Assembly: GCA_965204535.1 (NCBI GenBank)
Contig: OZ241996.1
Span: 64,001 to 128,000 of the forward strand
Direction: 5' to 3'
From: a bacterium
Lineage (GTDB): Bacteria > UBA8248
Length of the DNA stretch: 64,000 bases
In this document: one piece after another, positions 47,415 to 59,793 of the stretch
Layout of the letters: every line of letters begins with the position of its first letter
How positions within the stretch are numbered: the first letter of the stretch is position 1
Translations under genes and position numbers: made by a program
Notes under the pieces: model-generated
Told to the model about the DNA's origin: nothing
Seen by the model: only the letters and a program-made list of their open reading frames with translations
Databases searched by the model: none

Positions 47415-48599
47415 ATGAGAACCTCAAACCCCGCGGCGCGCTTCGAGAATCACGACTCACCGAGCGAAGCCGACGTCTGGCTCGTCTTGCAAACCCTCCC
47501 GGGCATGACGCCCGAGCGCCTGAGCCGGTTGACCGAAGCGTTTGAGCGTCCTGCGGAAGCTTTCGGGGCGCCCCCCGACGTATTCGCGCGCCTTTGCGGC
47601 CGAAAGGCGCGTGAAGTTCTCGACAAGGATTCACCGGTCGATTTGGCCGCCAACATCCGCCAGGAAGCTTCGAAACTGGGCGCAGGAATCATCACGCGCG
47701 ATTCCGCCCGGTATCCTGAACACTTGCGCGAGATTTACGCCCCACCGGGCGCATTCTTTATCGAGGGTGAAATCCTTGCCGCAGATCGCCTCGCCGTCGC
47801 CATCGTCGGCATGCGGCGCCCGACGGACTACGGGAGGCGGGTGGCGAGGGAACTTGCGGCCGAACTCGCCAGAAAAGGAATTACCATCGTAAGCGGTCTG
47901 GCCTACGGGGTCGACGCCGAAGCGCACAAGGCCACGCTCGATGCGGGAGGCAGAACCATCGCCGTCCTCGGGTGCGGCCTGACCCAGAACTACCCCGCCG
48001 AGCACAAGGAACTCAGAGAAGAGGTCGCCGCCCACGGCGCCGTCGTATCGGAATTTCACCTCCGCGCGCATCCCAGGAAAGAGAATTTTCCCCGGAGAAA
48101 CCGCCTGATCAGCGGCTTGTCCCTTGCGACGGTCGTCGTCGAAGCCGCGCAGCGAAGCGGCGCGCTCCTGACCGCCCGGCTGGCGCTCGAGCAAGGACGC
48201 GAGGTGATGGCCGTGCCCGGGCCCGTCCATACCCGGAAGAGCACCGGCTGCCATCATCTGCTCAAGCAGGGAGCGCACCTGGTGGAAAATGCCGAAGACA
48301 TCATCAACGCGCTTCCAGAGTACGCCCGAAATATGCTAGACAGTCCAGCGCAGATTCGAGTCAAGGGAATGGGACCTGAAGAACCCGAAGTCCAGGAAGT
48401 TCCGAAGGCCGCGCCGCACCCGAATCTCACGGATGATGAAAATGCGCTTTTGCGCTTGCTGGAGAATGGAGACAGCACCATAGAGGGCCTGACCCGGAAG
48501 CGGGGCCTGCCGGCGCAGGAAGTTTCATCCGCCTTGTTGCGCCTGGAGCTGGAAGGCCTCGTGAGACAAACGACCTCGGGAATGTACGAACGGGTCTGA
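47415..48599 (+). CDS. dprA: DNA-processing protein DprA
   Basis: IVSGLAYGVD, FPRRNRLISG, SGALLTA, C-terminal LELEG. Confidence 0.96.
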   Translation: MRTSNPAARFENHDSPSEADVWLVLQTLPGMTPERLSRLTEAFERPAEAFGAPPDVFARLCGRKAREVLDKDSPVDLAANIRQEASKLGAGIITRDSARYPEHLREIYAPPGAFFIEGEILAADRLAVAIVGMRRPTDYGRRVARELAAELARKGITIVSGLAYGVDAEAHKATLDAGGRTIAVLGCGLTQNYPAEHKELREEVAAHGAVVSEFHLRAHPRKENFPRRNRLISGLSLATVVVEAAQRSGALLTARLALEQGREVMAVPGPVHTRKSTGCHHLLKQGAHLVENAEDIINALPEYARNMLDSPAQIRVKGMGPEEPEVQEVPKAAPHPNLTDDENALLRLLENGDSTIEGLTRKRGLPAQEVSSALLRLELEGLVRQTTSGMYERV

Positions 48600-48757
48600 T
48601 GAACAAACGGTCGACTCGCCCGTCGTCGGAAATTTCAGATTTGACGAATCGGCCAGCGAAGCGCAAGCGACCGCAATTCGAGGAACAATTGCCGCCCATC
48701 AGGTTATTTCATCCGCAGACGGCGCCCCGATTGACAATCCGTGGGCATGAGAAATAA

Positions 48758-51319
48758 ATGACCGACAAAAAAACATCGAACAAGGCGGCTTCGAAGCGCT
48801 CTCCGGGCAGGAGGTATACCCGGAAAAACGCTTCGCGAACCACGCAAGGCGGAAAATCCGCGTCCAAGCTCCTGATCGTGGAATCACCGACGAAAGTGCG
48901 CACCATCCAGAAATTCCTGGGCGCGGATTTCGACATCCTCGCATCGCGGGGCCACGTGCGGGATTTGATGAAAACCGGCGAGCGCAAAATGGGAATAGAC
49001 GTTCGCAACGATTTCAAGGCCGATTACGGCGTCATTCAGGGAAAAGCAAAGACCATCGACCAGTTGCGCAAGGCGGCTACGGCGGCGAAGGAGATCTATC
49101 TGGCCCCCGACCCGGACCGCGAGGGTGAGGCGATTGCCTGGCACATCCAGGAACTCCTTGGGGCTTCCGGGGCCGAAAGCGAATTCTACCGGGTGACTTT
49201 CAACGAGATCACGAAACGGGCGGTGCAGGAGGCGCTCGCGAAACCCGGTCGAATCGATCAGAAAAAAGTGGACGCGCAGGAAACCCGCAGAAAGCTGGAC
49301 AGAATCGTGGGCTTCAAGCTTTCCGGTGAAATACTCTGGAACAAGGTCGCTTTCGGTCTCAGCGCGGGCCGGGTGCAGTCGGTCGCGCTGAAACTGATAT
49401 GCGAACGCGAAGACGCCATCGAGGCCTTCGAGCCGAAGGAATACTGGAGCATCACGACGCATCTGGAAAAAGCGGGTCTTGAGCCCCCGTTTGAGGCCAA
49501 ACTGCACCGAATCGACGGGAAAGAGGCGGAAATCCCGAACGAAGCCAGGGCGATGGAACTGGCGGAAAAGATAGCCGCCGGCGCTTTGCGGGTTTCCCGG
49601 GTCGAGAAAAAAGAGCGTCGGCGCAGACCGCCCGCTCCTTTCATCACCAGCACCCTCCAGCAGGAAAGTTCCGGCAAACTGCGCTACGGCGCAAAAAAGA
49701 CCATGAGCATCGCGCAGTCGTTGTATGAAGGGGTGAACCTGGGACGCGAAACGGGCAACGTCGGCCTCATCACCTACATGAGGACGGATTCCGTGCGCCT
49801 GGCGCCCGAGTCCGTCGCCGCGGCGCGCGCTTATATCGAGACGAAATACGGGAAAGACCACCTTCCCCGCAAGCCCAACGTCTTCAAGACGAGAGAGACG
49901 GCCCAGGACGCGCACGAGGCGATTCGGCCCACCGACGTCGGGCTCACGCCCGATAAGGTGCGAGCTTTCCTGAAACCTGAACAATTCTCCCTCTACAGCC
50001 TCATCTGGAGGCGCTTCCTCGCAAGCCAGATGGCGCCGGCCGTCTACGACCAGACCAGCGTGGATATCACCCAAGACCGCCAGGAAGCGGGTGGCGCGAA
50101 CGAAGAAGAACTTCTCCTGCGGGCAAGCGGTTCCGTATTGAAATTCAATGGTTTCCTGAAGGTATATGAAACCAGTTTCGAGCCTGGAGACAGCGAGAAC
50201 ATCCCGAAAGCCGGGCCATCCAATTCCGAGCAGGACAGATTGCTGCCCCCACTGGAAGACGGCGACCCGCTATCGCTCGTAAAATCCGAATCCGCTCCCA
50301 CAGGCGTCAAGCCCGAGCAGCACTTCACCCAGCCTCCGCCACGCTATACGGAGGCCTCTTTGGTGAAGGAGCTCGAGGAAGACGGCGTGGGCCGACCGAG
50401 CACCTACGCGAGCATCCTGGACACGCTGGAAAAACGCAAATACGTCACCATCGAAAGAAGGCGCAGACAATTCACGCCCTCCTCCCTTGGCAGGGAGGTG
50501 AATCGACTCCTCATCCAGGGCTTTCCCGACCAGATCGACGTGGGCTTCACCGCGAAGATGGAAAAATACCTCGATGACATCGAGAACGGGACGACGCCGT
50601 GGCTGCCCGTGATGAGAGATTTTTACGAGAGTTTCGACAGGAAAATTCAGATAGCCAAAAAAGAGTTGACGGATCTCAAGAAGATAGCAGAACCCATCGG
50701 CCGGAACTGCCCGGAATGCGAGCGCGAGTTGGTGAAGAAATTCAGCAGAAACGGCTGGTACATCTCGTGTTCGGGATACCCGGACTGTCGTTATTCGGAA
50801 AACATTCCCGCCGAGAGCGATACCGAGCCGGAAGCGGCGGAAGAGTTGGCCCGCATCGAGGAGATCGCCCCGCCCTGCGAGGAGTGCGGCGCGCCCATGC
50901 AGGCGAAACGGGGGCGTTTTGGTATATATCTGGCCTGCACGGCATTCCCGGATGCGCACAAGAAAAGGAGAGTGCTCGCCAATGGACAAGTCGCCGCCAC
51001 GCCGAGGCCGACCGGGGTGAGTTGCCCCAGAGAGGGTTGCGACGGTGAACTGGTGGAACGGCGCGCCCGTCGCACCGGAAAACCATTTTACGGGTGTAAT
51101 CGCTTCCCGGCGTGCAAGACGGTCGCGTGGGATTGGCCCGTCGCGCAGCCTTGTCCTTCCTGCGGGAATCCCATCCTCACCATCAAGACCACCAAGAAAA
51201 ACGGGAGTCAGCTCGTTTGCCCCCAAAAAGAGTGCGGATATGCGGTAGAATGCCCTCCGGAACTTATCGAACAGATGGAAGCCTCGAAAACCATTCCCGC
51301 CCAGGAGGCTTCGGCTTGA
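48758..51319 (+). CDS. topA: DNA topoisomerase I
   Basis: IVESP, DPDREGE, SAGRVQS, ITYMRTDS, C-terminal zinc ribbons. Confidence 0.97.
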   Translation: MTDKKTSNKAASKRSPGRRYTRKNASRTTQGGKSASKLLIVESPTKVRTIQKFLGADFDILASRGHVRDLMKTGERKMGIDVRNDFKADYGVIQGKAKTIDQLRKAATAAKEIYLAPDPDREGEAIAWHIQELLGASGAESEFYRVTFNEITKRAVQEALAKPGRIDQKKVDAQETRRKLDRIVGFKLSGEILWNKVAFGLSAGRVQSVALKLICEREDAIEAFEPKEYWSITTHLEKAGLEPPFEAKLHRIDGKEAEIPNEARAMELAEKIAAGALRVSRVEKKERRRRPPAPFITSTLQQESSGKLRYGAKKTMSIAQSLYEGVNLGRETGNVGLITYMRTDSVRLAPESVAAARAYIETKYGKDHLPRKPNVFKTRETAQDAHEAIRPTDVGLTPDKVRAFLKPEQFSLYSLIWRRFLASQMAPAVYDQTSVDITQDRQEAGGANEEELLLRASGSVLKFNGFLKVYETSFEPGDSENIPKAGPSNSEQDRLLPPLEDGDPLSLVKSESAPTGVKPEQHFTQPPPRYTEASLVKELEEDGVGRPSTYASILDTLEKRKYVTIERRRRQFTPSSLGREVNRLLIQGFPDQIDVGFTAKMEKYLDDIENGTTPWLPVMRDFYESFDRKIQIAKKELTDLKKIAEPIGRNCPECERELVKKFSRNGWYISCSGYPDCRYSENIPAESDTEPEAAEELARIEEIAPPCEECGAPMQAKRGRFGIYLACTAFPDAHKKRRVLANGQVAATPRPTGVSCPREGCDGELVERRARRTGKPFYGCNRFPACKTVAWDWPVAQPCPSCGNPILTIKTTKKNGSQLVCPQKECGYAVECPPELIEQMEASKTIPAQEASA

Positions 51320-52650
51320 GCGATAGACTGCGGATCATCGGCGGCGGCCTTGCGGGCTGTGAAGCCGCCTGGCAGGCAGCCAGACGGGGCGTCGAGGTCG
51401 ACCTCTACGAGATGCGTCCCCACAAGAAAACCCCTGCGCATGAAACCAGCGGGCTGGCCGAACTCGTGTGCTCGAACTCTTTCCGCTCGAATTCCACCGA
51501 AAACGCCTCGGGCCTACTCAAAGAAGAAATGCGAAAGCTCGATTCGCTCATCCTGCGGGGCGCGGATTCCTGCCGGGTTCCCGCAGGACTCGCGTTGGCC
51601 GTCGACAGGGCGTCTTTCAGCGAAGCGGTCACCGAAGCAATCGCAAACGACCCGCATATCACCGTCCACAGAGAAGAAATCCGGGATTTGGAGGATAAAA
51701 CCCTCACCATCGTCGCCACCGGTCCGCTCACGAGCGATTCCCTCTCCGCGGAAATCGCCCGCCTGACGCAAGGCAAATACCTGTATTTCTACGACGCCAT
51801 CTCACCCATCCTGCACGCGGACAGCATCGACATGTCGGTGGCGTTCATGGGTTCGCGCTACGGAAAGGGCAACGAAGAAGGCGGCGAGGGCGACTATCTC
51901 AATCTGGGCCTCAACGAAACGCAGTATTACCAATTCGTCGGGGATTTGCTCGAAGGCGAGAAAATCCCCCTCAGGGAATTCGAGCGCGCCATCTATTTCG
52001 AGGGCTGCCTGCCTCTCGAAGAAATGGCCGCGCGCGGAAAAGACACCCTGGCGTTCGGGCCGATGAAGCCCGTGGGTCTGGAGCATCCCGAAACGGGGGA
52101 GACCTACTGCGCGGTCGCTCAACTCAGGCGCGAGGATTTGACGGGAGATTACTTCTCCATGGTGGGCTTTCAGACCCGGCTGCGCTATCCCGAGCAAAAG
52201 CGCATCTTCTCGACGCTCCCCGCTCTCGGGAACGCGCGCTTTTTGCGCTATGGAAGCCTCCACAGGAACACCTACATCAATGCGCCCCGTCTGATGCGGA
52301 TAACCCTGCAACTCAAGCGTCACCCGCATATTTTCATGGCGGGCCAGCTCACCGGCGTCGAAGGATACCTCGAATCGGCGGCCATCGGCCTGATCGCCGG
52401 AATCAACGCGGCCGCCCTCATCCATGGAGAACCCGTTGTTCCTCCGCCCGCAACGACTGCGCTCGGCGCCCTGAACCGCTACATCATCGAAGCGAATCCG
52501 AGAAATTTCCAGCCCATGAACATCAACTACGGCCTCTTCCCGCCCCTGGAAAAGCGCGTTCCCAAGAAATTCAGGAAAAAACACATCACCAGTCGCGCCA
52601 TCGAGGATCTGAAGCAATGGAGAAGCAAGCTCGCCTCACAAACAGTCTGA
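51316..52650 (+). CDS. trmFO: tRNA m5U54 methyltransferase (FADH2-oxidising)
   Basis: IGGGLAGCEAA, ELVCSNS, FEGCLP, GQLTGVEGY; TTG start overlapping the topA stop. Confidence 0.96.
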   Translation: MSDRLRIIGGGLAGCEAAWQAARRGVEVDLYEMRPHKKTPAHETSGLAELVCSNSFRSNSTENASGLLKEEMRKLDSLILRGADSCRVPAGLALAVDRASFSEAVTEAIANDPHITVHREEIRDLEDKTLTIVATGPLTSDSLSAEIARLTQGKYLYFYDAISPILHADSIDMSVAFMGSRYGKGNEEGGEGDYLNLGLNETQYYQFVGDLLEGEKIPLREFERAIYFEGCLPLEEMAARGKDTLAFGPMKPVGLEHPETGETYCAVAQLRREDLTGDYFSMVGFQTRLRYPEQKRIFSTLPALGNARFLRYGSLHRNTYINAPRLMRITLQLKRHPHIFMAGQLTGVEGYLESAAIGLIAGINAAALIHGEPVVPPPATTALGALNRYIIEANPRNFQPMNINYGLFPPLEKRVPKKFRKKHITSRAIEDLKQWRSKLASQTV

Positions 52651-53561
52651 GCGAAGCCCGGGGGTTGTTCGAAGCACACCTGCGCGATGAGCGCGACAGT
52701 TCGGAGCACACGGTCCGCGCATACACGGCAGACCTGAAAGACTTCGATGCGTTCCTCACCGATTGGGCGCAAAAACCGGTACCGCTCGACGAAATCGACT
52801 CCCTGGCCGTTCGCGGCTATCTCGGATTTCTGTACCGCAAGGGCGTCTCTCCAACGACCGTGAACCGGCATCTATCAAGCATACGCAGCCTGTTTCGTTT
52901 CTTAAGGCGAGAAGGCTTCTCCGTGGATGATCCGGCGGGGGAAGTGCCCTCGCCTAAAGAAAACAGGCCCTTGCCGACGTTCCTGCCCGTGGATGACGCC
53001 GTTCGCCTCATGGAGATGCCCGATACGTCGACTCCCGAAGGCGTCCGGGACAAGGCGATTTTCGAACTGCTCTACGGGTCGGGGCTGCGGGTGAGCGAAT
53101 TGACGGGGCTCAACCACTCGGATTTGAACATGGCGGAAAGGCTCATCCGCGTTCGCGGAAAAGGAAGAAAAGAGAGAATCGTGCCCATCACCAGGGAAGC
53201 GGCCAAAGCCGTAGACAACCACCTCGCCCTGAAAGAAACAGATGCACTCGAGGATTCACCGCTTTTCATCAACAAGCGAAACAAGCGGATTTCTCCGGCC
53301 TTCGTGCGCTCCATCTTCCGCGCGTATGAAAAAAAAGGCGGTTTCGGCTATCATTTCACCCCTCATGCCCTCCGCCATACGGCGGCGACGCATTTGCTGG
53401 AAAGCCAGGAGGCCGACCTGAGATCGATTCAGGAATTATTGGGGCACGCGAGCCTCTCCACGACGCAAAGATACACGCAAGTGGATTTCTCACACCTGCG
53501 CGCCGTGTATGACGACGCGCACCCAAGGGCAAGAAGAAACGCGAACGAGGACGATAGATGA
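52617..53561 (+). CDS. xerC: Tyrosine recombinase XerC
   Basis: GLRVSE, GKGRKER, PHALRH, LLGH…TQRY; trmFO-xerC-hslVU synteny. Confidence 0.9.
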   Translation: MEKQARLTNSLSEARGLFEAHLRDERDSSEHTVRAYTADLKDFDAFLTDWAQKPVPLDEIDSLAVRGYLGFLYRKGVSPTTVNRHLSSIRSLFRFLRREGFSVDDPAGEVPSPKENRPLPTFLPVDDAVRLMEMPDTSTPEGVRDKAIFELLYGSGLRVSELTGLNHSDLNMAERLIRVRGKGRKERIVPITREAAKAVDNHLALKETDALEDSPLFINKRNKRISPAFVRSIFRAYEKKGGFGYHFTPHALRHTAATHLLESQEADLRSIQELLGHASLSTTQRYTQVDFSHLRAVYDDAHPRARRNANEDDR

Positions 53562-54106
53562 CGAAACCGGGTGAAACCATTCGCTCCACCACCATTCTCG
53601 CGCTGCGCTACAAGGGGCGAACGGCCCTGGGCGGGGACGGGCAGGTCACCATGGGAAATGCGGCGGTGAAGCACGGCGCCGTGAAAATACGCAGGCTCGG
53701 CGACGGGAAAGTGCTCGCCGGTTTCGCGGGTTCTGCTTCCGACGCCATCGCCCTGTTCGAGCGATTCGAGGGAAAACTCGAAGAATACCGGGGGAACCTG
53801 TCCCGCGCCGCCGTGGAGATGGGCAAGGACTGGAGAACGGACAGGGTCTTGCGCCGTCTCGAAGCCCTTCTGGCGGTGGCGGATGAGGAAACCTCGCTCA
53901 TTCTCTCGGGTACGGGCGACATCATCGAGCCCGATGACGGCGTTCTCGGAATCGGCAGCGGCGGTCCCATGGCCATCGCCGCCGCGCGCGGAATCCTGAG
54001 TCTGGAGCCCGACCTCGGCGCAGAGGAAATCGTAAAAAAATCTCTGGAAATCGCAGCGGATATCTGCGTCTACACCAACAGCAACATTACAGTGGAAACC
54101 CTTTGA
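53558..54106 (+). CDS. hslV: ATP-dependent protease peptidase subunit
   Basis: STTIL, GDGQVT, GFAG, WRTD, GSGG, CVYTN. Confidence 0.97.
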   Translation: MTKPGETIRSTTILALRYKGRTALGGDGQVTMGNAAVKHGAVKIRRLGDGKVLAGFAGSASDAIALFERFEGKLEEYRGNLSRAAVEMGKDWRTDRVLRRLEALLAVADEETSLILSGTGDIIEPDDGVLGIGSGGPMAIAAARGILSLEPDLGAEEIVKKSLEIAADICVYTNSNITVETL

Positions 54107-55464
54107 TGGAAAATCTCACCCCCACACGAATCGTCGAGGAACTCGACCGCTACGTCATCGGCCAGAAAGACGCCAAGCGGGCGGTGGCGGTTGCGCTCAG
54201 AAACCGCTGGCGCAGGCAACAACTCCCGCCCGAGATGGCGGAGGACGTGGCTCCCAAGAACATTATCATGATCGGCCCCACCGGCGTCGGTAAAACCGAG
54301 ATCGCCAGACGCCTGGCCAAGCTCGCGAAAAGCCCGTTCATCAAGGTCGAAGCCAGCAAATTCACCGAGGTGGGCTACGTGGGCCGCGACGTGGAGAGCA
54401 TGATTCGCGACCTCGTCGAACTGGCGCGCAACATCGTTCAGGACGAGCAGCGCGAAATCAACAAGACCAAGGCCCAGGAACTGGCCGAAGACCGCCTGCT
54501 GGACCTTCTTCTGCCGCATCCCCCCGGGTTCGGCGCGATGGACGAACGCGGCCAGACCAAGGACCCGCTCGGAGAGGAGAGCTACCAGCGCACGCGGGAG
54601 AAGTTTCGCGCCCTGTTACTCGAGGGAAAGCTCGACGACCGGGAAGTGGAGATAGAGGTGGCGGACAAAGGCCCCGAAATCCATTTCATGGGCGGGAGCG
54701 ATCTGGAGCAGATCGGCATCAACATGAAGGAGATCATGGGGAATTTCATGCCACAAAGCCCGAAGAGCAGGCGCATGAAGGTGCCGGAGGCTTTCGAGTA
54801 CCTCGCTCAGGAAGAAGCGGACAAACTCATCGACTCGGACAGCCTGAACGCCGAGGCCATCGAGCACACCGAGCAGTCCGGCATCGTGTTCCTCGATGAG
54901 GTCGACAAGGTCGCCGCCCAGAACAACGGCAGAGGAGGCCCCGACGTCTCGCGCGAGGGCGTGCAAAGAGACCTGCTTCCCATCGTGGAAGGCTCCACCG
55001 TACAGACCAAGTACGGCCCGGTGAAGACGGACCACATCCTCTTCATCGCGGCGGGCGCGTTCCACATGGCCAAACCCTCGGACCTCCTCCCCGAGCTGCA
55101 GGGCCGCTTTCCCATCCGCGTGGAACTCGATTCGCTGGACCGCGACGATTTCATACGCATACTCCAGGAACCGGAAAACGCGCTGGTGCGCCAATACCCC
55201 GCCCTTCTGGCGACCGAGGGCGTGAACATCGCGTTCGGGGAAGACGCCGTGAAGGAAGTGGCCGACTTCGCCTTCCGCATCAACGAGCAGACCGAAAACA
55301 TCGGCGCCAGAAGACTCCACACCATCATGGAGCGGCTTCTCGAGGAAATTTCCTTCCGGGCGCCCGAGATGTCAGGCGAAAACGTGGAGATAGACGCCGC
55401 ATATGTGCGTGAGCGCCTCACCGACATCGTCGAAGACCTTGACTTGAGCCGTTATATTCTCTAA
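54106..55464 (+). CDS. hslU: ATP-dependent protease ATPase subunit
   Basis: [32 protein letters not shown]. Confidence 0.97.
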   Translation: MENLTPTRIVEELDRYVIGQKDAKRAVAVALRNRWRRQQLPPEMAEDVAPKNIIMIGPTGVGKTEIARRLAKLAKSPFIKVEASKFTEVGYVGRDVESMIRDLVELARNIVQDEQREINKTKAQELAEDRLLDLLLPHPPGFGAMDERGQTKDPLGEESYQRTREKFRALLLEGKLDDREVEIEVADKGPEIHFMGGSDLEQIGINMKEIMGNFMPQSPKSRRMKVPEAFEYLAQEEADKLIDSDSLNAEAIEHTEQSGIVFLDEVDKVAAQNNGRGGPDVSREGVQRDLLPIVEGSTVQTKYGPVKTDHILFIAAGAFHMAKPSDLLPELQGRFPIRVELDSLDRDDFIRILQEPENALVRQYPALLATEGVNIAFGEDAVKEVADFAFRINEQTENIGARRLHTIMERLLEEISFRAPEMSGENVEIDAAYVRERLTDIVEDLDLSRYIL

Positions 55465-55567
55465 ACCTTCTGCCCCTCCCCCTTGGCCTTGCGCATCGGG
55501 GGAGTGTATATTCCTCGGCTTATGACGAGAGAGCAGTAGCTCATCGTTTCTTTTTGAAGGTTCAGGC

Positions 55568-56443
55568 ATGGAACCAAGAGACAGGGCGGCGACGCTGATT
55601 GAAGCGCTGCCCTACATCCAACAGTTTGCGGGCAAGACCATCGTCGTCAAATACGGCGGCGCGGCCCAGGTGCAACCGGAGCTTCACGCCCCCTTCGCCC
55701 AGGACATCGTGCTTCTCAAATACGTGGGGATCAACGTGGTCGTCGTCCACGGCGGCGGCCCCCAAATCGGTGAGACCCTCAAGAAAATCGGCAAGACCAG
55801 CGAGTTCATCGAAGGCCTCCGGGTGACGGACGAGGAAACGGTCGGCGTGGTGGAGATGGTGCTTTCCGGAGCCACGAACAAGAGCATCGTGAGGCTCATC
55901 AACCGGCACGGAGGGAACGCCGTCGGCCTTTCCGGCTCGGACGCCGGCCTCACGACGGCGAAGAAACTGATCATGAGCAGAAAAGGACCAGGTGGTGAGG
56001 ACGTGGAATATGACCTGGGGCGCGTCGGCGAGGTCCTGGCCATCAAGCCCGACATCATCCACCATCTCACAGACGGCGGTTTCATCCCCGTCATTGCGCC
56101 CCTCGGCGTGGGGCAGGACGGCAACGTCTACAACATCAATGCCGATTCGGCGGCGGGCGCCATTGCCGGGGCGCTTCACGCGGAAAAATTCATCCTCCTG
56201 ACGGACGTTCCCGGCATTCTGGACGAGAACGAGAAGCTCATCAGCACCATCAGGCGCGATGACGCCAAAAGGTTCAAAGAGGAGAAAATCATCACCGGCG
56301 GGATGATCCCGAAAGTCGACGCGTGTCTGGACGCGCTCTCATCGAACGTCACGAAAACCCACATCGTCGACGGCAGGGTTCCGCACGCGGTTTTGCTCGA
56401 AGTGTTCACGGACGAAGGCGTGGGCACGCAAATCGTCAGATAG
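55568..56443 (+). CDS. argB: Acetylglutamate kinase
   Basis: VVKYGG, VHGGGPQI, NINAD, GGMIPK. Confidence 0.97.
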   Translation: MEPRDRAATLIEALPYIQQFAGKTIVVKYGGAAQVQPELHAPFAQDIVLLKYVGINVVVVHGGGPQIGETLKKIGKTSEFIEGLRVTDEETVGVVEMVLSGATNKSIVRLINRHGGNAVGLSGSDAGLTTAKKLIMSRKGPGGEDVEYDLGRVGEVLAIKPDIIHHLTDGGFIPVIAPLGVGQDGNVYNINADSAAGAIAGALHAEKFILLTDVPGILDENEKLISTIRRDDAKRFKEEKIITGGMIPKVDACLDALSSNVTKTHIVDGRVPHAVLLEVFTDEGVGTQIVR

Positions 56444-56463
56444 CTTCTTTTTTGGGGAAAAGC

Positions 56464-57657
56464 ATGGACAACGCCACACTGATCACAGACGCCGAACTCA
56501 ACGTCGCCCCCACGTACGGGCGCTACCCCATCGCGTTGGTCCGTGGCGAGGGATGCCGCGTCTGGGATGCGGACGGTAAAGAATATCTGGATTTCGTATC
56601 CGGTCTGGCGGTGTGCAATCTCGGGCATTGCCACCACGAGGTCGTGGCCGCCATCAGGGAACAGGCGGGAAAGCTGATCCACGTCTCGAACCTCTATCAC
56701 ATCGCACCCCAGATCGAGTTGGCGAAAAGGCTCAACCGGCTCTCTTTCGGGGATAAGGCGTTCTTCTGCAACAGCGGCACCGAGGCTGTCGAAGCGGCGC
56801 TCAAGCTCGCCAGAAAGTATTCGTTCCAAAAATACGGGGAAGGCCGCCACGAGATACTGAGCTTCGACATGAGTTTTCACGGCAGAACCATGGCGTCGCT
56901 CACCGCTACGGGCCAGGAGAAATTTCACGGGGCGTTCAAGCCCCTGCTGCCCGGTTTCCGCTACGTGCCCTTCGGCGATTTGGAATCGGTGGCCGCCTCA
57001 GTCAGCGAGCAAACCTGCGCCATCATGGTGGAGCCCATCCAGGGCGAAGGCGGCGTGAACGTGCCGCCCGACGGCTATCTCAAGGGCTTGAGGGAGATTT
57101 GCGACGCGAACGATTTGTTGCTGCTGTTCGACGAGGTACAGGTCGGTCTGGGCAGGACGGGAAAACTCTGGGCGTATGAACACGAAGGCGTCGCGCCCGA
57201 CGCCATGAGCCTGGCGAAGGCCCTGGCGGGCGGAACCGCCATCGGCGCGCTGGTCGCCTCGGACAAGGCCATGGCGTTCGAGCCCGGCGACCACGCGGCG
57301 ACGTTCGGGGGCAATCCCCTGGCCACCGCCGCGGGTTGCGCCGCGATGGACGCCGTCACCGCGCCCGGATTCCTGGAACACGTGCAGGAGATGGGGGCAT
57401 ACGCCACCGCGGGTCTCGAGGAACTGGCGACGCGGCACGCCATCATCAAGGAGATCAGGGGCAAGGGGCTGATCATCGGCTGCGAGGTGGACGTGGACGC
57501 GACATCCATCGTCACGAAGGGGCTGGAGGCGGGCTTTTTGCTCAACGTGGCCGTCCAGAAGGTCATCCGGCTCATCCCTCCCCTCGTCGTGGAAAAAGAG
57601 ATGATCGACAAGCTCATGAATTTCCTGGATGGGGCGCTGGCGGATCTGGCGAAATGA
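56464..57657 (+). CDS. argD: Acetylornithine aminotransferase
   Basis: NSGTEA, FHGRT, EPIQGEGG, DEVQ, TFGGNP; arg operon context. Confidence 0.95.
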   Translation: MDNATLITDAELNVAPTYGRYPIALVRGEGCRVWDADGKEYLDFVSGLAVCNLGHCHHEVVAAIREQAGKLIHVSNLYHIAPQIELAKRLNRLSFGDKAFFCNSGTEAVEAALKLARKYSFQKYGEGRHEILSFDMSFHGRTMASLTATGQEKFHGAFKPLLPGFRYVPFGDLESVAASVSEQTCAIMVEPIQGEGGVNVPPDGYLKGLREICDANDLLLLFDEVQVGLGRTGKLWAYEHEGVAPDAMSLAKALAGGTAIGALVASDKAMAFEPGDHAATFGGNPLATAAGCAAMDAVTAPGFLEHVQEMGAYATAGLEELATRHAIIKEIRGKGLIIGCEVDVDATSIVTKGLEAGFLLNVAVQKVIRLIPPLVVEKEMIDKLMNFLDGALADLAK

Positions 57658-58592
57658 AAAAGCTCGACTACCTCACTGGCTTTGAGCTGAGCGCCGCCCA
57701 AACGCTCGAACTCATCGAGGAGGCGCTCGTCCAGAAACAAGAAACGGCCGAAGGGAAACTCCGCCCCGCGCTGGCGGGCAAGAACTTCGCGCTCATCTTC
57801 GAGAAGCACTCCACGAGGACGCGGGTCTCCTTCGAGGCGGGCCTCACCCAACTGGGGGCCAGCACCATTTTCCTGGCGCCGAACGACACGCAGATCGCCC
57901 GGGGGGAAACCCCTGCGGACAGCGCCAGGGTTTTGAGTGAATACGTGGACGGCATCGTCGTCAGGACGTATGCGCATGCACGCGTGGAGGAAATCGCAGC
58001 GAACGCGAGCGTTCCCGTCATCAACGGCCTGACGGACCTTCACCACCCCTGCCAGGCCCTCGCCGATTTCCTCACGATGCGGGAGCGCTACGGCACGCTC
58101 GATGGCCTGAAGCTCGCCTACCTGGGAGACGGGAACAACGTGCTGCATTCGCTGCTCATCGTGGGCGCTCTGATCGGTGTCGACATCAGTGCGGCGTGTC
58201 CGAAAGAGTTTCGGCCGGACGCCAAAATTCTGGAGCAGGCCCGGGGTTCAGCGCGAGAATCGAACGCGCACATCCAGGTTACCGAGGACGCCGAAGAAGC
58301 GTGTGCGGGCGCCCACGCCGTGTATACGGACGTGTGGGCTTCCATGGGACAGGAGGACGAGAACGAGCGCCGCCAGAAAGCACTGGCCCCATACCAGGTG
58401 AATGAAGAGGTATTCCGGCATACAGATAAAAACGCCGTTTTCATGCACTGCCTTCCCGCGCACAGGGGGGAGGAGGTGACAGCGGAGGTCATCGACGGCC
58501 CCAGAAGCGTCGTTTTCACGCAGGCCGGGAACCGGCTCCACGCACAGAAGATACTCCTTCAAATCCTGGCCGGAGGAAATGATGGCGCCTAA
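57654..58592 (+). CDS. argF: Ornithine carbamoyltransferase
   Basis: STRTR, HPCQ, WASMG, HCLP. Confidence 0.97.
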   Translation: MKKLDYLTGFELSAAQTLELIEEALVQKQETAEGKLRPALAGKNFALIFEKHSTRTRVSFEAGLTQLGASTIFLAPNDTQIARGETPADSARVLSEYVDGIVVRTYAHARVEEIAANASVPVINGLTDLHHPCQALADFLTMRERYGTLDGLKLAYLGDGNNVLHSLLIVGALIGVDISAACPKEFRPDAKILEQARGSARESNAHIQVTEDAEEACAGAHAVYTDVWASMGQEDENERRQKALAPYQVNEEVFRHTDKNAVFMHCLPAHRGEEVTAEVIDGPRSVVFTQAGNRLHAQKILLQILAGGNDGA

Positions 58593-59793
58593 GCCGAGCA
58601 GGGTGGTCCTCGCCTATTCCGGGGGACTGGACACCTCCGTCATGCTCAAGTGGATAAAGGAGACATACGAGTGCCCCGTCGTGGCCTATGCGGCGGATGT
58701 CGGCCAGGGCGCGGGCGAACTCGACGGCCTGGAGGAAAAGGCGCTGGCCACGGGTGCGGAGTCCTGCCACATCCTGGATTTGAGGGAGGAATTCGCGCGC
58801 GACTACATCTTCCCCATGCTGCGCGCGGGCGCCGTCTATGAAGGCGCCTATCTGCTGGGAACCTCCATCGCCAGGCCCCTCATCGCGAAAGGCCACATGG
58901 ACGTCCTCAAGAAAACGGGGGGCGACGCCGTCGCCCACGGCGCCACCGGCAAGGGGAACGACCAGGTGCGCTTCGAGTTGACCTACGCCTCCATCGACCC
59001 GGACGTCACCATCATCGCGCCCTGGCGCGACTGGGATTTCGGGGGGCGCTCCCACCTCATCGCCTATGCCGAAAGACACGGCATACCGATACCCGTGACG
59101 GCGGAAAAACCCTACTCGATGGACAGAAACCTCCTGCATATCAGCTTCGAGGGCGGCGTTCTGGAAGACCCCTGGGCGGAGCCGCCGGAAGATATGTATG
59201 TCTTGAGCGTATCGCCCGAAAACGCACCCGACGCGCCCGAATACGTCGAAATCGAGTTCGAGAGAGGCGACCCTGTGGCCTTAAATGGAGAACCCCTCTC
59301 GCCGGTCGCCATGATGGAACAGTTAAACGCCCTGGCGGGCGCACACGGCGTGGGCCGGGTGGATCTGGTGGAAAACCGCTTCGTGGGGATGAAGAGCAGA
59401 GGCGTCTACGAGACGCCCGCGGGCACGGTGCTGCACGCGGCGCGCCGGGCCGTGGAATCCCTCACGATGGACCGGGAAGTCCTGCAACTGCGCGATTCCC
59501 TGATCCCCAAATACGCGCAACTCGTCTATAACGGCTTCTGGTTCGCGCCGGAGCGGGAATTCCTGCAATCCGCCATCGACGGCGCGGCGGAATCGGTCTG
59601 CGGCACAGCCCGTGCGAAACTCTACAAGGGTTCCTGCATCGTCGTGGGCAGGAAAGCGCCCGAGAACCTGACCCTCTACCGTTCCGACCTCGCCACCTTC
59701 GAGGAAGATACGGTGTATTCCCAAAAAGACGCGGAAGGATTCATTCGCTTAAACGCCCTGCGGCTGCGGGTGCGGGCGCAACGCGATTCCTAA
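58579..59793 (+). CDS. argG: Argininosuccinate synthase
   Basis: [32 protein letters not shown]. Confidence 0.97.
   Translation: MMAPKPSRVVLAYSGGLDTSVMLKWIKETYECPVVAYAADVGQGAGELDGLEEKALATGAESCHILDLREEFARDYIFPMLRAGAVYEGAYLLGTSIARPLIAKGHMDVLKKTGGDAVAHGATGKGNDQVRFELTYASIDPDVTIIAPWRDWDFGGRSHLIAYAERHGIPIPVTAEKPYSMDRNLLHISFEGGVLEDPWAEPPEDMYVLSVSPENAPDAPEYVEIEFERGDPVALNGEPLSPVAMMEQLNALAGAHGVGRVDLVENRFVGMKSRGVYETPAGTVLHAARRAVESLTMDREVLQLRDSLIPKYAQLVYNGFWFAPEREFLQSAIDGAAESVCGTARAKLYKGSCIVVGRKAPENLTLYRSDLATFEEDTVYSQKDAEGFIRLNALRLRVRAQRDS

Noticed and set aside
52617-53561. Phage or island integrase
   Set aside because: Housekeeping trmFO-xerC-hslVU context; no att sites or cargo
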